Below are positions 36,723-49,409 of a stretch of 64,000 nt of DNA, in pieces (position 1 is the stretch's first letter; each line of letters starts with the position of its first letter). Origin of the DNA: Scyliorhinus canicula (Eukaryota); assembly GCF_902713615.1 (NCBI RefSeq), contig NW_024055458.1:544655-608654 (forward strand). Reading direction: 5' to 3'. The notes under the pieces are model-generated. The model was not told where the DNA came from and searched no databases. It was given only the letters and a program-made list of their open reading frames with translations. The position numbers were made by a program, and so were the translations under genes.

Positions 36723-36924
36723 TAAAAAGGAGATTACATTGAAATACTGTGAATATATAAGACACAAACAGGCCATTCTGTCACAGATTCTGCTGCTGTC
36801 AATACTCGGCACACATCTCCGACTGTCACACCGATCAAATCTCAGCCTTTCAGCTGATTTGAATTCCAATTTCTCTCACGTCCTTGCCCCGTTTCCTTTT
36901 GAAAACATCTCAGCACTTTCCTCG

Positions 36925-37080
36925 CTGGCTTTGAAAGCAGACCAAGGCAAGCCAGCAACACAGTTCAATTCCCGTACCAGCCTCCCCAGACAGGCGCCGG
37001 AATGTGGCGACTGGGGGCTTTTCACAGTAACTTCACTGAGACCAACTGGTGACAATAAGCGACTTTCATTTCATTTTCAA
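36925..37080 (+). mobile_element. Short tRNA-head SINE with L2-type tail
   Basis: Same family as 11945-12135. Confidence 0.8.
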
Positions 37081-37189
37081 CTCCTTTCCATGGTAATGAG
37101 TTGCACATTCTGAACCAGTCATAAATAATTTTGTCTGTATTGTTCCCTTGGATTTATTCATAACTATCTTGTATTTATGACTTGTTTAT

Positions 37190-37370
37190 TGAAATGAAAT
37201 GAAAATCTCTTGTTGTCACACGTAGGCTTCAAATGAAGTTACTGTGAAGAGCTCGTAGTTGCCACATTCTGGCGCCTGTTCGGGAAGGCTGGTACAGGAA
37301 TTGAACCGTTCTGCTGGCCTACGTTGGTCATCTTTGAAAGCCAGCGATTTAGCCCAGTGTGCTAAACCAT
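37190..37370 (-). mobile_element. Short tRNA-head SINE with L2-type tail
   Basis: Reverse complement of the same family; forms a tail-to-tail pair with 36925-37080. Confidence 0.8.
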
Positions 37371-37489
37371 GGTCACTCTCTCACATCGTCCCCCGCTCCA
37401 TTTAATCTTTCCTGAGAGCTGTAATCTCTCATGTTACAAAAGTCATCACTGTCAATGCAGGATAGAATTGGCAAAGAGACAAACCTTTC

Positions 37490-37910
37490 TGTTGGGTTCA
37501 GTTTGTTGTGTGCAAATTCTCCAATTCTAACCCCTGTAAAAGGAGTTTACAAAAGCCAACACTGTCAGTCTAGGATAGAAATTCTGAACAGGCAATTCTA
37601 GTTTCTCTGGAACATTTTTTCCTCTCTTGTTCCCCCAAAGCTGTAAATCCCCGTCCCACACACTCTCCCTCCTCCCTGGGCTGAAATGCAAACCCATCTC
37701 ACTATCTGTACCATTTCTTTCCTCCACTCCCAGTTTTCTCCCTCCCTCTCCTCTGCTTGGGTTCAGTTCTCCAGCTCTTGTCTGCAGACTGACAATAAAA
37801 TCAATGGGTCTTATTGGGGGTTTGGGGCCTCCAGCGGGTGTTTGTGAATCCTCCCCGCCCACCTGCCAGGGTTTCCTTCCTTGCCAGAGATCAGAGTCCT
37901 CACTGATTTG
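37490..37910 (-). pseudogene. 5' exon and acceptor relics of ZNF-C
   Basis: Acceptor context (cctgtaaaaggagtttac...ctgtcagtctaggatagaaattc) paralogous to 11820-11875; cttattgggggtttggggcctcc..tgtgaatcctccccgccc paralogous to ~1327 and ~12778. Confidence 0.55.
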
Positions 37911-37973
37911 AGTGCAAAGTGTCAGCTCTTATTTATTGTCCCCCTCCCTTATCGTCTGATGTGAACCACCCTC

Positions 37974-40690
37974 CACAGTAAGAAGTCTTACAACACCAGG
38001 TTAAAGTCCAACAGGTTTGATTCAAACACGAGCTTTCGGAGCGCAGCTCCTTCCTCAGGTGAATGGCGAGGTATGTTCTAGAAACATTTATATAGACAAA
38101 GTCAGAGATGCTGGACAATGCTTGGAATGCAGACATTTGCAGGTAATCAAATCATTGCAGATCCAGGGAGAGGGATAATCAGAGGTTAAAGAGGTGTAAA
38201 TTGTCTCAAGCCCGAACAGTTGGTAGGGTTTTGCAAGTCCAGGCCTGATGGTGGGGGGTGGATGTAATGCGACATGAATCCAAGATCCCTGTTGTGGAAG
38301 TTGTCGGTGTTGAGGACTGAGCCTGTTGCAGCAATGCCGTCGTCATGGGGGATGCTGCCAGGAAGATTGCGCATATAGACACTGGCATTAAGTTTCTACA
38401 AAGATGCAAAAAAGCAGACAAGATCCCGAAAGGGCTACAGTTCACAAACCCACTCAAGTCGACCTACAACACAGACTACGCTGAAAGACTCTGCCGCCGC
38501 ACCTCTGTCACACGCCTCAAACACCTCGTACACCAGCTCTACAGCAGTCGACGCAACCTGGAAACCAAGATAGAGGCCATATTCTCAAATTGCGCTCAGG
38601 ACACAGCAGACCAGCTGCGTAACACCGCCAAACAAGTGAGACAACGATACTGTGCCACCTATATGCACACCAAGAACAGGAAGCTTGAGAAACTCGGCAT
38701 CACCACCAGCAGCAACCAAGCCTCCCCCAGTACCACAGTTGAAAACAATACAGGGAAATCTATTGTCAACTTGTCAGACTACACCCTTCAACCAGATGAA
38801 ATCAAAGTCCTCAGCAGAGGGCTCAATTTCAGCACCACCACCAAAATGGACCGCATCAGTATCGCGGCAGACACGGAGGAATTCATCAGGCGAATGAGGC
38901 TCCGGGAATTCTTCCACAGACCCCAAGAGGCCGACAGCGAACCCAAGGAGACGACCAATGAACCGGAACAGCAGACAGCGAGATCTACGGTGCATCAAAC
39001 GAAAAGGAAAGAGTCGAATTGGACCCCTCCGGAAGGCCGCTGCCCTAGACTAAACATGTATGCTGAAGCCGTCAGAAGTCGTGTCAATGCCAGATTCATC
39101 AGTCGCATTCACAAGGCAGCCCCGGACGTCACCAAAGTACAACCCAACGCCATCCGCGCTCTCAAAACCAACTGCAACATCGTCATCAAACCAGCAGACT
39201 AAGGACGGGCCACCGTCATACTGAATAGAACGGACTACTGCAAAGAAGTATACTGACAACTCAACAACCAGGAACATTACAGACAGTTACCCGCAGATCC
39301 AACCAAGGAACACATCCGCCAACTCAACAGACTGATCAGGACCTTGGATCCAGACCTTCAGAGCACCCTACGTTCTCTCATCCCACGTAATCCCCGCATT
39401 GGAGATCTCTACTGCCTCCCGAAAATACACAAGGCCAACACACCATCCTATCGTTTCAGGCAATGGGACCCTGTGTGAGAACCTCTCTGGCCACATCGAG
39501 GGCATCTTGAAACCCATCGTATAAGGTACACCCAGCTTCTGTCGTGACACGTTGGACTTCCTACAGAAACTCAGCACCCATGGACCAGTTGAACCAGGAA
39601 CATTACTTGTCACAATGGATGTCTCGGCACTCGACACCAGCATCCCCCATGACGACGGCATTGCTGCAACAGCCTCAGTCCTCAACACTGACAACTGCCA
39701 ATCTCCAGACCCAATTCTGCAACTCATCCGCTTCATTCTAGATCTCAACGTCTTCACCTTCGACAACAAATTCTTCACCCAGATGCATGGAACAGCCATG
39801 GGGACCAAATTTGCACCTCAATATGCCAACATCTTCATGCACAAGTTTGAACAAGACTTCCTCACCACACAGGACCTGCAACCGATGTTATCCAAAAGAT
39901 ACATTGATTACATTTTTTTCCTTTGGACCCACAGCGAAGAATCACTGAAACGACTACACAATGAGATCAATAAATCCCATCCCACCATCAGACTCACCAT
40001 GGACTATTCTCCAAATTCTGTTGCATTCTTGGACACACTCATCTCCATCAAGGACGGTCATCTTAGCACTTTGCTTTACCGCAAGCCCACAGACAACCTC
40101 ACGATGCTCCACTTCTCCAGCTTTCACCCGAAACATATTAAAGAAGCCATTCCCTATGGACAAGCCCTCCGTATACACAGGATCTGCTCAGACGAGGAGG
40201 AGCGTAACAGACACCTACAGATGCTCAAAGATGCTCTCGTACGAACGGGATATGGCGCTCGACTCATCGATCGACAGTTCCAACACGCCACAGCAAAAAA
40301 CCGCACCGACCTCCTCAGAAGACAAACACGGGACACCACTGACAGAGTACCCTTCGTCGTCCAGTATTTTCCTGGGGCGGAGAAACTACGACATCTTCTT
40401 CACAGCCTTCAACACATCATCAATGAAGATGAACACCTTGCCAAGGTCATCCCCACACCCCCACTACTGGCCTTCAAACAACCGCAACCTCAAACAAACC
40501 AATGATTTGCAGCAAATTACCCAGCCTTCAGAACAGCAACTACGACACCACACAACCCTGCCAGGGCAATCTCTGCAAGACATGCCAGATCATCGACTTG
40601 GATACCACCATTACATGTGGTAACACCACCCACCAGGTACGCGGCACATACTCATGCGACTCAACCAATGTAGTCTACCTCTTACGCATT
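37974..40690 (+). mobile_element. Penelope-like element with inverted 5' segment; inactive RT, truncated GIY-YIG
   Basis: Inverted pLTR/3' piece 37974-38352 (-); forward ORF 38353-40690 with stops and frameshifts (NLSDYTL, LSRGLNF, KPAD*G, LVTMDVSAL, GTAMGTKFAP, RYIDY replacing YIDD, CQGNLCKTC, NVVYL). Confidence 0.9.
38027..38061 (-). ncRNA. Minimal type I hammerhead ribozyme (intact core)
   Basis: On -: CAC CUGAGGA A GGAGC-UGC-GCUCC GAAA GCU C GUG. Confidence 0.75.
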
Positions 40691-41400
40691 AGAAGCAATA
40701 CTGCTTCAGTATTTGAGGAATCGAATATGGTGCAGAACATTGGGTAATCATCAATGAACATCCCCATTTCTGACCTTATGATGAAGGGTGAAGCTAGGGC
40801 CGGGGGCACTGTGCTGGGACACTATACGTGACAGGATGATCCTTGACATTTTTCATGAAGTTGCTGATGATCGAATGCAGATTGATGGGCCAATAATTGG
40901 CCGGGTTGGATTTTTCCTGCCTTATGTGGGCGGGTCATGTTTGGCAATGTTACACATTGTTGGGTACGTGTCAGTGCTATAGCTGCACTGGAGCAACTTG
41001 TCTGGGGCGCAGCCAGTTCCAGGCCACACATCTTCAGTATTGCTGCTAGAATGTTGCCAGGGATAATGCATTAGCAGCGCCGTCAGCCGTTTCTTGATAT
41101 CGTGTGGAGTGAATCAAATTTGCTGAAGACTGACATCCATGATGATGCAGACCACCGGAGGGGGCCGAGATGGGTCATCCTCTCGTCACCTCTGGCAGAA
41201 ACTTTCAGTCTTGTTTTTTGCACTGACGTGCCGGGCTCCCGCATCATTGAAGAAGGGACTTTTATTGAGGCTCCTATTCTGGCCTTTTGTTTCTTTATTC
41301 ATTACTATTCAGGACTGGATGAGGCAAAACTGCAGAGACAGATCCTGCATATTGAAAATAGGATCACATTGACTGTGTGATATAAACATTGACAAGTACT
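40690..41400 (-). mobile_element. Degraded CR1-like LINE fragments
   Basis: Resembles the reverse complement of the family at 55505-56750 (ccccatttctgaccttatgatg..., atcttcagtattgctgctagaatgttgccag). Confidence 0.5.
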
Positions 41401-43399
41401 GGTGCAGTATTAATTGAAACAGAGTGTCGTGTATAAAAACAAAGACAGTGTCTAGCCTAACAAAAATACAGATGGAGTCCAATGTAAAATTAGCAGAGGC
41501 GGCAGTAATTATTGAGGCAATGTCTGCTTCATGTGATGCAAGGCATCTCGATTTAAATTCCATCTGCTGGCCAAACTTTGCAATTGCAGTTACTGTGAAA
41601 ATGTTGCTGTCAGGTATAATCCATGATGTCGATGTATCCATAATCCATTTGCACAAATGTAATATCACATCGCCTTCTACGGGAGGTGCCAAAATTTAAG
41701 GTGTAACTAATTGCAGGTGTCGGTGGCTGATTCTCTCACATTGAGTTCAGCACCAGAGCAAAGCGGCTCAATTCCTGGTCACGCGTTTTTGTTCATCTTT
41801 GTTAAATAGAGGAATGTTTACCTGGGCGCTGTATGGAGTCCATGGGAAATGTAAGATTCATCTAACAAGCATAGGGTTGGGCAGATTTTATTCATTCATT
41901 ATACCACCAGGAAGATGGTTGGGGCCATTGTCTCCAGAGCCTCCCAGGAAGTTAACATGGGATTTTAATTTTAAAGGGGAAATGTGGGTGTGCGTGTAAG
42001 ACAGAGAGAATGCGTGTGTGAGAGACTGTGAGTGTGTGTGTGGCTGTGTTTGTGTGAAAGACACGTTGCGTACAACTAAATTTCACAAAGGCCACGGCAT
42101 CCTTCTATTTCCAATAGATACACCGCAAATATTTCCACAAATGTAGCACATGAAGCTCCCAGTTGTCGTTCTGGGTTGCCATTTTCTCGGTTTGCGTCCA
42201 TTTCAAAGCTGCTAAATCCACTGGTCCTGGTGGTTCACAGCAGCCCACCGAAGGTGTCGCCATTTTTTTCAGTTTGCAGCCGGTGACACCCGATTGTGAT
42301 GACCAATGTTTAGGTTTCGGGACATTATGTCACACTTGGAAAAATCCTTGAAGCGGGATATCGGCCTTCCGCTGGGTGCGTGGCTCCGGCTACTTCGCAA
42401 AGTGGAAATTCCTTGGTCGTGTGACTATGTCCCATTTAGGGACCAGACTGGAAATGTGCAAACCATCTCCTTTTAATTGTCTTGAAGAGAATTGCAAACT
42501 CTGTCTTTGAGAAAACTGCCGCATTTCTGATTGTGGCCGGCCAGTAAATATCCATAATGCATTGCGGACAACAAAGATGACATTGGCTGAGTTATTTTTC
42601 TTCACAGGTGCAGGTGTTCCCTGTTTCACAGCCATACAAGAAGGTTCTGGGCGTTCAGGCCTTATAAACCATCTGCGTGTTTCAAAGGATCAGTTTGATG
42701 TTATTCCATGAGCATTCAACGAGTAAGACAAAGGTCACATCTGCTTTCTCCATGACAGCATCACATTCTACATCAAGGCAGTCTCTCACCATGGAATCTC
42801 GAGAGCAGAATCTGCTCACCGGGTCTTATTTAGTGTGACCATGGCGAGAGTGCAACACCTTGTCCCACTGCCACGGTTTTCCTCATGCGTATGGTAAGGA
42901 AGAAGAAGTTACCAGGCACTGAAGACAGAGTCCATGAGTCTCTGAAGATGATGTTTTGTTTGGATGATCCAACTTTCAGCGGAGAGGAATTCTCTGATGA
43001 GGATGTATTGTGATTATGTCTCCGTTTTGATAACTGAAAGGTTGCCGAGGTTGCAGCCTTACCGACTGTGCAAGTGGAGTCATCCATATCTTCAGGGAAG
43101 GCGAAGATCAGCAGCATGGAGAGGAAGCTGCCGAATAGAGTTGGGTGGCGGACAGGATCCTCTTTCATTCAATTATTCACTTAGAATCATTCTGAAGTGG
43201 AATCATCAATCGGTACAGTGCAGTGCATTTTGCCGTGGAAGGAGTGAATGCGAGAGGGGAGCTTAGGCAGACAGACACTTTTCCCCAAATCATATAGTCC
43301 CCACTCCGCTGACAGTGTCGAATTTTTTTTGAGATTGACGAACGTAAGGTGAAGAGGTAGGCATGTGGTATAGGGAGCAGATTATGTCCAGAGTAAATC

Positions 43400-43620
43400 T
43401 TGCGACGCAAACACAGCCCCTTTCTTCCAGCAACATTCGGCCTGCAAGCAGGTGAAGTGTTTAAATTGTGACCATTGGAAAGGCCTTCCCAGTGCTGCTA
43501 TGAGTGAGATATGCCAATAGTTGCTGCAGTCTCCTCTGTCCACTTTGTTTTCAGATATTGGTTATGATTTTGCATCATGAATCTCCTGTGGGATGGATTA
43601 TGTCTTCCAGCAGAGAAGGC
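43400..43620 (-). mobile_element. RTE RT fragment
   Basis: On -: DRGDCSNYWHISLIAALGRPF (compare NYRGISLL). Confidence 0.55.
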
Positions 43621-43734
43621 ATAGGTCATAACTGATCAGAAACATAGCAATTATATTCACCAATTTTCATTCATTTATTAGATTCACAAATTGCCACCAT
43701 TCCACAAAGTACAGTTTTAAATTAAGTTATACGG

Positions 43735-44510
43735 TGTGGCCGCCGAGGGTTAGGCCATGACTTATTGTCCATCGCTAATTGCCTTTCACAAAGAGGCGGT
43801 GAACTGCCTGTTTCAACCTCTGCAGTCACTCTGGTGTAGGTACACCGACGATGCTGTTAGGGAGGAAGCTGTAGGTTTTTGAACCAGCGCATATTCGGTG
43901 ATATATTTCCTAGTCAGGATAGTGAGTGATTTGGAGGTAGATCTCTTCACCTTACTTTCATCAATCTCAATAAACATTCGACATCGTCAGCAGAGCAGGG
44001 ACTTTAAGATTTGGAGGGGAATTTCCAAGTGGTCATCTTCCCATGTGCCTGCTGCCTTTTCCTTCTGGAAGGTAATGGTCCTGGGTTTAGAAAGTGTTTC
44101 AAGGGAGACTTGCTGCGTTCCTGCAGCTCATCATGTGGATGGTACATTATTGTCATTGTGCTTCGGTGGTGGATGGAATGAGTGTTTGCGCATAGGGCGG
44201 CAATCAAGCGGAGCTGCTTTGGCCTGGAAGGTGTCAGAGTATTCAATTACAGTCCTGACTCGTACCTTGCAGATGGTGAACAGGCTTTGGGAGTCAGGAG
44301 GTGAGTTGCTCGCCGCAGGCTTCCGAGACGCTGACCGGATCTTGTATCCTCAGCATTTATATGGTCAGTCCAGTACAGTTTCTGGTCAATGGTAACCCCA
44401 TGATATTGATAATTGGGGATTCCGCAATCACAATATCAGTGAATGTCAAGGAGCGATGGTTAGATTCTATTTTGCTGGAGATGGTCATTGTTTCGCAATT
44501 CCGTGGCTAA
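43735..44510 (-). mobile_element. CR1-like LINE 3' fragments
   Basis: Reverse complement of the 3' end seen at 56560-56750 (ttgcc..gaggcggtgaactgcc...tgtaggtacacc..gctgttagggagg). Confidence 0.6.
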
Positions 44511-45544
44511 TATTACCAATTGTCACATTTCACAAAGTTAAATAATTATATTAATCAATTATCATCAACTCACAACATAAAAAGTTATGTTCACCAATTA
44601 TGATCCGCACTTTCTTTCACAAAATGTAAATGCAATTCATTTAAGGGAGGTGGATTTGAGACTAGGAAGAGATCAGCCATGATGATTGAATGGCGGAGCA
44701 GGCTCGAAGGGCTGAATTTCCGACTTCTGGTCCTCATTTCTTTATTGGTATGTTTAACATCATGTATTGAGATTAAACGTAATTGAGATAGCATTGACCA
44801 TTCTGTCACCAGGAAGTCACATCTTCATCGGAATTCAATGTGAAATGGAATCAAACCACACCGAGGATAATGTGCAGCTTCCCAGCAGCCTCTGCGCTGT
44901 ATTGGTCAGTAATCGCCTCATCGTCACACAGAATCTGCAGACTGGAGTGTGAGATGATTTTTAAAGTGATGGTAGAAACGAAAATACCTGTACCTAATGT
45001 GACGTTAATGAATCTCTAAATATGGATTTGTTATGGAAAAGTAATTCAACGTCTGCAGCTGTCCACCGGGTTTCACAGGATTTCGGTTCCAAGTCTGGTG
45101 TCTTATTGATTTGGGCGAGGACATCTTGAGTGACCTATTGTACACGAAATGACCACATGTTGCAAAAATTACAGCCGTCCCTCCTCAATGTAATCATGTT
45201 CCCGCTTTCCGTTAAGATGAAGATACGCCATCAGCGGAGAAGAATCGCCAGAACCGCAGGAATATCTCCAGTTTCCTCTTAGTGACATCCATCTCATCAG
45301 TTCCCGATAGTCTGGGGATGCAATTCACTCAGAAAAGCTTGAGCCACCGAATGTATTACACTGACACAAATTATAATGGACCTGCTTTAATTTATCAAGT
45401 GCAAAATTGAGAATGTGGAACAACATCTTTCAGACTATCTATCCATCCATCAACCCCAGTCACTGGTTCCGCAATCAAATTGTTCAGGCATCCAACCAAC
45501 ATCCATCCCTCCACAAAAACAGTCATCCCTTTATCTTTTGGCAG

Positions 45545-45895
45545 ATGGTGGTGCAATATTAATGTTATTGTACCAGTAATCCAAAGGCCCAGGCTAATTC
45601 TGTAGGGACTCGGGTACAAATCCCACCATGGCCGGTGATGGAATTTGAATTCAATTAATAAATATGGAATACATACTAATGGTGGCCATGAAATCCCCTC
45701 TGCTTTACCAATGAAGGAAATCTGGCAACCTTCCCTGGTCTCACCAACATGTGGCTCCAGTCAGAGAGCAACATGTCTGAATCTTCAGTTCCTTCTGAGC
45801 TGGCCCACTCAGTTCAACAGCAATTAGGGACAGGGAACACATGGTGGTCTTGCCAGTGAGTCCCACATTCCACGGAAGAATAAAGGGAAAAACAC
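45545..45895 (+). mobile_element. Deu-SINE (SacSINE1-like)
   Basis: tRNA-like head, caaatcccaccatggc..gaatttgaattcaa, Deu-domain-like aaggaaatctggcaaccttccctggtctc..catgtggctccagt, CR1-type tail gcaattagggacaggg. Family named from memory. Confidence 0.65.
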
Positions 45896-47655
45896 ATAAA
45901 TGTACATGTTTATCTATTACAAAATGTATCCCCTGTCTGACAGTCTGATTGTATTTCTATCCATCATCATAATGTTATGAGGTGTGGGAGAGATTCCTCC
46001 AGCCGGCTAGTGTTGATAAGAGGGGCTAGAAAAGCTGGATAACTCTCCTTTCCTTAGAGATGGGAACAGTTCAAATAAGTTCACGATTTTAAACATAAAA
46101 AGATCTCCAGTACTGTTGCTGGGTAGATTTGTTTATAAATAGTCCTCATTGACAATGTTAAGAGTTTGAAGTTGGCTTGCAGCCAAGCGGTCAGTACTGA
46201 GCAAACAGATCTCTGAAAAACAAATCCAGATGCTTCCTGTAAACAACATTGAACATTCGAGCCTCCATGACTGCAGGCGGCTGGGTTGCTGCCAAATATT
46301 GTGTGGGGCAGATTAACCTGAATATGAATGGATTAAATGGGATTTCTCCATTCAAACAATAAATGTTTAGTCGCACATGAAGTAAACGTTTTAAATGGTG
46401 ATCCATGCAAAGAAATATATTCACTGAATGTTTTGTTCACTATGAGATTAAACACAATCGGAAAATAGTAACCTGACCCGATGCTGTTTAATTTATATTA
46501 GTTCTGAGTAAAGGTCACTCTAGTTATTAAAGTCCGTTTGTTAAGAAGTGAGAGTGAGTGGTGTTGATGGACACAATCCACAAGGTCAATAAGATGAGTG
46601 AAATTGCAAAAAATAAAATAAAACGAATTAAAAGTAAATAAACTGCATTGAACTCGCGGGGAATCCTGGAATATTCTCCGAGTTGTTGATCTGCTTTAAA
46701 CGGAGTCGTCTCTTATACTCGATTAACACCGTGTTCTGTACAGTTTAGTTTGTCTGGATTTCAATTATTTAACAGTCTGTCTCATTGCTGCCAATGAGTG
46801 GAGAAATGACCCGCTCATGACCAGCTTCAGTGGAAGATAACACATTTATTCCTGTGATATTGTGTAATATGCCACAAAGTCCTGATATCCTGTGTTCCCA
46901 ACACCAGTGAATGTTAGACAGCCGGTGGTCAGTAAAATTAGCGGCAATGATTTGGACGCTGAAGGATAACTTTGCTGATCGCCGTGTCCGTTCTGATTCA
47001 TTAACTTCTCTGTCAAAAGCTGGTGTGAATTTTATGTTTCTCTGTCAACTCACTGTTGCATTATCAGGCAAGCGGCTTCTTTTACCGCTAATGTTCACAG
47101 GACTGTCTGAGGCTCAGGGGCAAATCGAGAAATGTAAAGAGAGACATTGTATAATGTGAGGAGTTTCTTCTTGTCTGCAGACCCACATTGTACAGTGATG
47201 GCCATCCGCACTGCAAATGTAATCACGTCATTCATTCCCTCATTTAGTTACATTATGTCTGATAAATTATACTTTATTGTTGTAATGGGATAGAGTCCCG
47301 GAGTGTTGCAAATCTGACTGCCAGACGATTTATTCCCTGATAATGTAATTTGATCTGCTTGTGTTCATCCCTTTATATTGGAGTGTAGAAATAAAGAGAC
47401 TTAATATATAATGGAATTAGATTTTACTTAGAGATGTTCAAATATAACGTTCCTTTCGGATGAGGATAGACATTACAATGAATCAATTCAGCCAAACAAT
47501 TAATACCGATCTAATGTATTTTTTAAAAATAATATCCTATAGTAAATCTCTGGGTCCATTCTGTTGTGGGTGTGGAAGGCGGGACGTGGATCCAGTCGCC
47601 GCCTCCACCAGGGAATCAACAGGCGGCGCCTGGAAAGCCGCCCCCTTCTGCCGGG

Positions 47656-47663
47656 TATTTAAA
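47656..47663 (+). promoter_or_regulatory. IgH V promoter TATA-like box (TATTTAAA), no perfect octamer
   Basis: ~90 bp upstream of the leader ATG, behind a GC-rich stretch; no ATGCAAAT/ATTTGCAT seen nearby, as is known for shark IgH promoters. Confidence 0.7.
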
Positions 47664-47742
47664 TGCCGCTCACTGGGACCCGAATCCAACAGTCCGGGAG
47701 CTGGTTTGTTCACTGAGTTCCTGACACAACCATTTCCCCCAA

Positions 47743-47800
47743 ATGGCCAGAAGGATGAGGTGGGCCATTTCTCTCAGTTTGTTGCTGACTTTCTTATCCC
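47743..47800 (+). other. IGHV: IgH V leader exon (MARRMRWAISLSLLLTFLS-R)
   Basis: Two in-frame ATGs (47743, 47755), hydrophobic signal peptide, phase-1 donor GTGAGT at 47801; acceptor TTTTACAG ends at 47928. Confidence 0.9.
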
Positions 47801-47928
47801 GTGAGTAGTTTTTATTGTCCAAGTCTCTCACTGTTACTGTCTCAGTGTTAGTCTCTCTCTGGAATGTTCCAGTGTCACCAATCATTTCACCAGCATTAAT
47901 CCTCGGGCTTTTTGATATATTTTTACAG

Positions 47929-48222
47929 GTGTCCAGTCGGATGTTGTGTTGACTCAGCCAGAGGCAGAGACCGGGCGTCCCGGAGGCTCCCTGACACTGA
48001 CCTGTAAAACCAGCGGCTTCGATCTCGGCACCGCTTCCATGCACTGGGTCCGGCAGGTTCCTGGAGTGGCTGGTTTGGTACTATAGTTCATCCAGCAACA
48101 ACTACGCCCCAGCCATTAAAGATCGATTCACTGCGTCCAAAGACACTTCGAACAACATCTTCTCTTTGGCCATGAGGAGTCTGAAGACCGAAGACACCGC
48201 CATCTATTACTGTGCTGGATAC
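47929..48222 (+). pseudogene. IGHV: IgM-type heavy-chain V segment, frameshifted in FR2
   Basis: RVQS|[42 protein letters not shown], then TAG at 48084-48086; the shifted frame gives [54 protein letters not shown]. Confidence 0.92.
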
Positions 48223-48261
48223 CACAGCGAGAGGAACCAGGGCTGGACCCGCACAAGAACA
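48223..48261 (+). promoter_or_regulatory. V 3' recombination signal sequence (23-bp spacer)
   Basis: CACAGCG (48223-48229), 23 nt, ACAAGAACA (48253-48261). Confidence 0.9.
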
Positions 48262-48631
48262 GCTCGAGAGGGAATTCAGCAACTTGCACCTTAACCTGAA
48301 GGTCAGCACTTGATTCAAATGTAATATTAATGTCAGTGATCAGAGTCATTGCACAAGCTGCTTCTTACATAACTCACACAGAGAAAATTAAACAGTAAAA
48401 CTGAACACACCAATCGATATAATAGGATGAGCTTGTGTCAGTTTATATTTATTGTTAACAGTTTCAGCTATTACAGACTTGTATATAATCATCGTTTTAT
48501 TATTTCTGATACTTGGGAAAATCTATGTACATTGGATTTGATAAACTGCTGTATAAATTGTAAATTAGATCAGAAGTAAACGTGTATTTGAAGTGAATAT
48601 TGAGCGGCAGGACTGAACAGAGAGTGAGTGC

Positions 48632-48709
48632 AGTATTTGTGCGGCTGTCTGTCACTGTGACTACAGTGGGTCACAGTGCTGTGCACAGCGACATCCTCAT
48701 ACAAAAACC
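48632..48709 (+). other. IGHD: IgH D1 segment ACTACAGTGGGT (48660-48671) with 12-RSS and 22-RSS
   Basis: AGTATTTGT-12-CACTGTG | D1 | CACAGTG-22-ACAAAAACC, the shark D1 configuration. Confidence 0.92.
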
Positions 48710-49021
48710 TCAGAGAAAGAGTTTGTTCAAATTGGTGATCAGGGCCACAACACGAACGTTAAAGTAAACGAGTTTTAAATAAAACAACGTTTGGAAGTAA
48801 TATTAGTTTGCAAAAAGGTATAAAAATCTTCCACTTTATCACTGTTGACCGACTCGCGAAATGTGCACAGAGGTTTTAAAAGTGTTCCGATCTTCTTTAT
48901 AAATGTAATGACCAGGACAAGCTGAAATAACTCACCCATTCGCCCTTGGAAGAGACAGAGTTAGTTTTTTGGGAGAGCAGTGAAATTATATCTCTGTATT
49001 TTATAGTTAACCGTCTGCCGC

Positions 49022-49087
49022 AGTATTTGACACGCTGTGTCTCACTGTGATAACTGGGGCACAGCAGTTACTGTCAATACAAAAAGC
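49022..49087 (+). other. IGHD: IgH D2 segment ATAACTGGGG (49050-49059) with 12/12 RSSs
   Basis: AGTATTTGA-12-CACTGTG | D2 | CACAGCA-12-ACAAAAAGC, the shark D2 configuration. Confidence 0.92.
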
Positions 49088-49409
49088 CCCTCAGCACTAA
49101 TTAACTGAGGCTGGCTCAGTGCTCGCTTTTACAATCCAACTTTATTCACAGTGAAGCATTATTTGATTCCAGCAATGAGAAAATAATAAGAATTAATGTG
49201 GAAAATTGGTGGTCGTTATTTAGTCACAATTGGTGTTTTCAATAACATTTCCATGTCTGTGAAATGTAAAACATTCGGTCATTTATGAAGAGAGAACGGT
49301 ATCCACAAATATTAATATAATTTCCCGAAAATTAATCGTGAATTTTCTTTACTGTTGATTTGTGAATATTTAAAATAATGGTGGATTTCTGTCTATTTTA
49401 TGCAGGTGC

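Noticed and set aside
38345-38352. ATG start of the 285-aa Penelope ORF
   Set aside because: The ATG lies in the inverted arm and is created by the junction.
47200-47320. Octamer in the V promoter (CTGCAAAT, TTGCAAAT)
   Set aside because: Only 7/8 matches, more than 400 bp upstream in AT-rich DNA; expected by chance.
48684-48709. Second RSS nested in the D1 3' spacer (CACAGCG + ACAAAAACC)
   Set aside because: The spacer is 10 nt, outside the 12+/-1 rule.
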